Shown here: positions 63,660 through 64,000 of the stretch, in pieces
Layout of the letters: each line of letters begins with the position of its first letter
How positions within the stretch are numbered: the stretch's first letter is position 1
NCBI GenBank assembly: GCA_001643675.2
Contig: LSRY02000022.1
Span: 1,116,001 to 1,180,000 of the forward strand
DNA length: 64,000 nucleotides
Reading direction: 5' to 3'
Origin: Monocercomonoides exilis PA203
Taxonomy: Eukaryota > Protista > Preaxostyla
Made by a program: the position numbers and the translations under genes
Notes under the pieces: model-generated
Databases searched by the model: none
What the model was told of the DNA's origin: nothing
Seen by the model: the letters and a program-made list of their open reading frames with translations, nothing else

Positions 63660-64000
63660 TATCAAGCGCATCTTCCTTTAATGTATATTTATGTTTTAAA
63701 AAAAGTACAAAATGCACATTATTTTACCGAATAATTTTGGTTTTAATTGTAATTTCAACAAAACAAACGATAATAAACTATCATATTTTTTGTAATCACG
63801 AACAATTTCTCCAAAAAGAGATTCGATTTCGAACACATTTACTTTGTGAATAATAAAAATGATATATAATGAAATTTTATAAAAGAATCTAAAGGAATAC
63901 AAAAATAACTTGCCCGTAGCCACAAAGAGGGATGCAAGAGTTGATTGGCAGAAAAGGTGAAAGACTCTCGTTCTCGAAGAAAATACTCCAAAAGAAAAAT
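63660..64000 (-). CDS. Possible 3' exons of a gene continuing beyond the right edge
   Basis: Coding-like segments (...STLASLFVAT / VNVFEIESLFGEIVRDYKK...) are separated by AT-rich intron-like stretches. No recognisable domain. Confidence 0.3.

Overview
This is AT-rich, intron-containing eukaryotic protist DNA using the standard genetic code. Its gene families and style suggest an oxymonad/metamonad such as Monocercomonoides (inference, not a database match). The left ~33 kb is an accessory compartment. It holds decayed and intact beta-helix-like surface-protein genes, three copies of a lineage-expanded alpha-helical family (two pseudogenised), a divergent Arf GTPase, a young 988-bp element with apparently perfect 365-bp inverted arms, a degenerate pogo-type transposon with both TIRs, and a degenerate DIRS1-like retrotransposon (Gag-RT-RNase H-adenine methyltransferase-tyrosine recombinase). 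The right ~31 kb is gene-dense. It holds a 9-Cys CXC protein, a TTC14-like S1+TPR protein, a hypothetical protein, a multi-ubiquitin-like/Cys-rich/RING-H2 fusion, a fourth distant family paralog, an old fold-back MITE, NPL4 head-to-head with IFT121/WDR35, a chagasin-type (I42) protease inhibitor missed by the ORF track, and an AAAP/SLC38 amino-acid transporter. The most notable observations are the diglycine-punctuated UBL-RING polyprotein, a strand-symmetric purine/pyrimidine oscillation that shapes exons and introns, and the intron-split chagasin gene.
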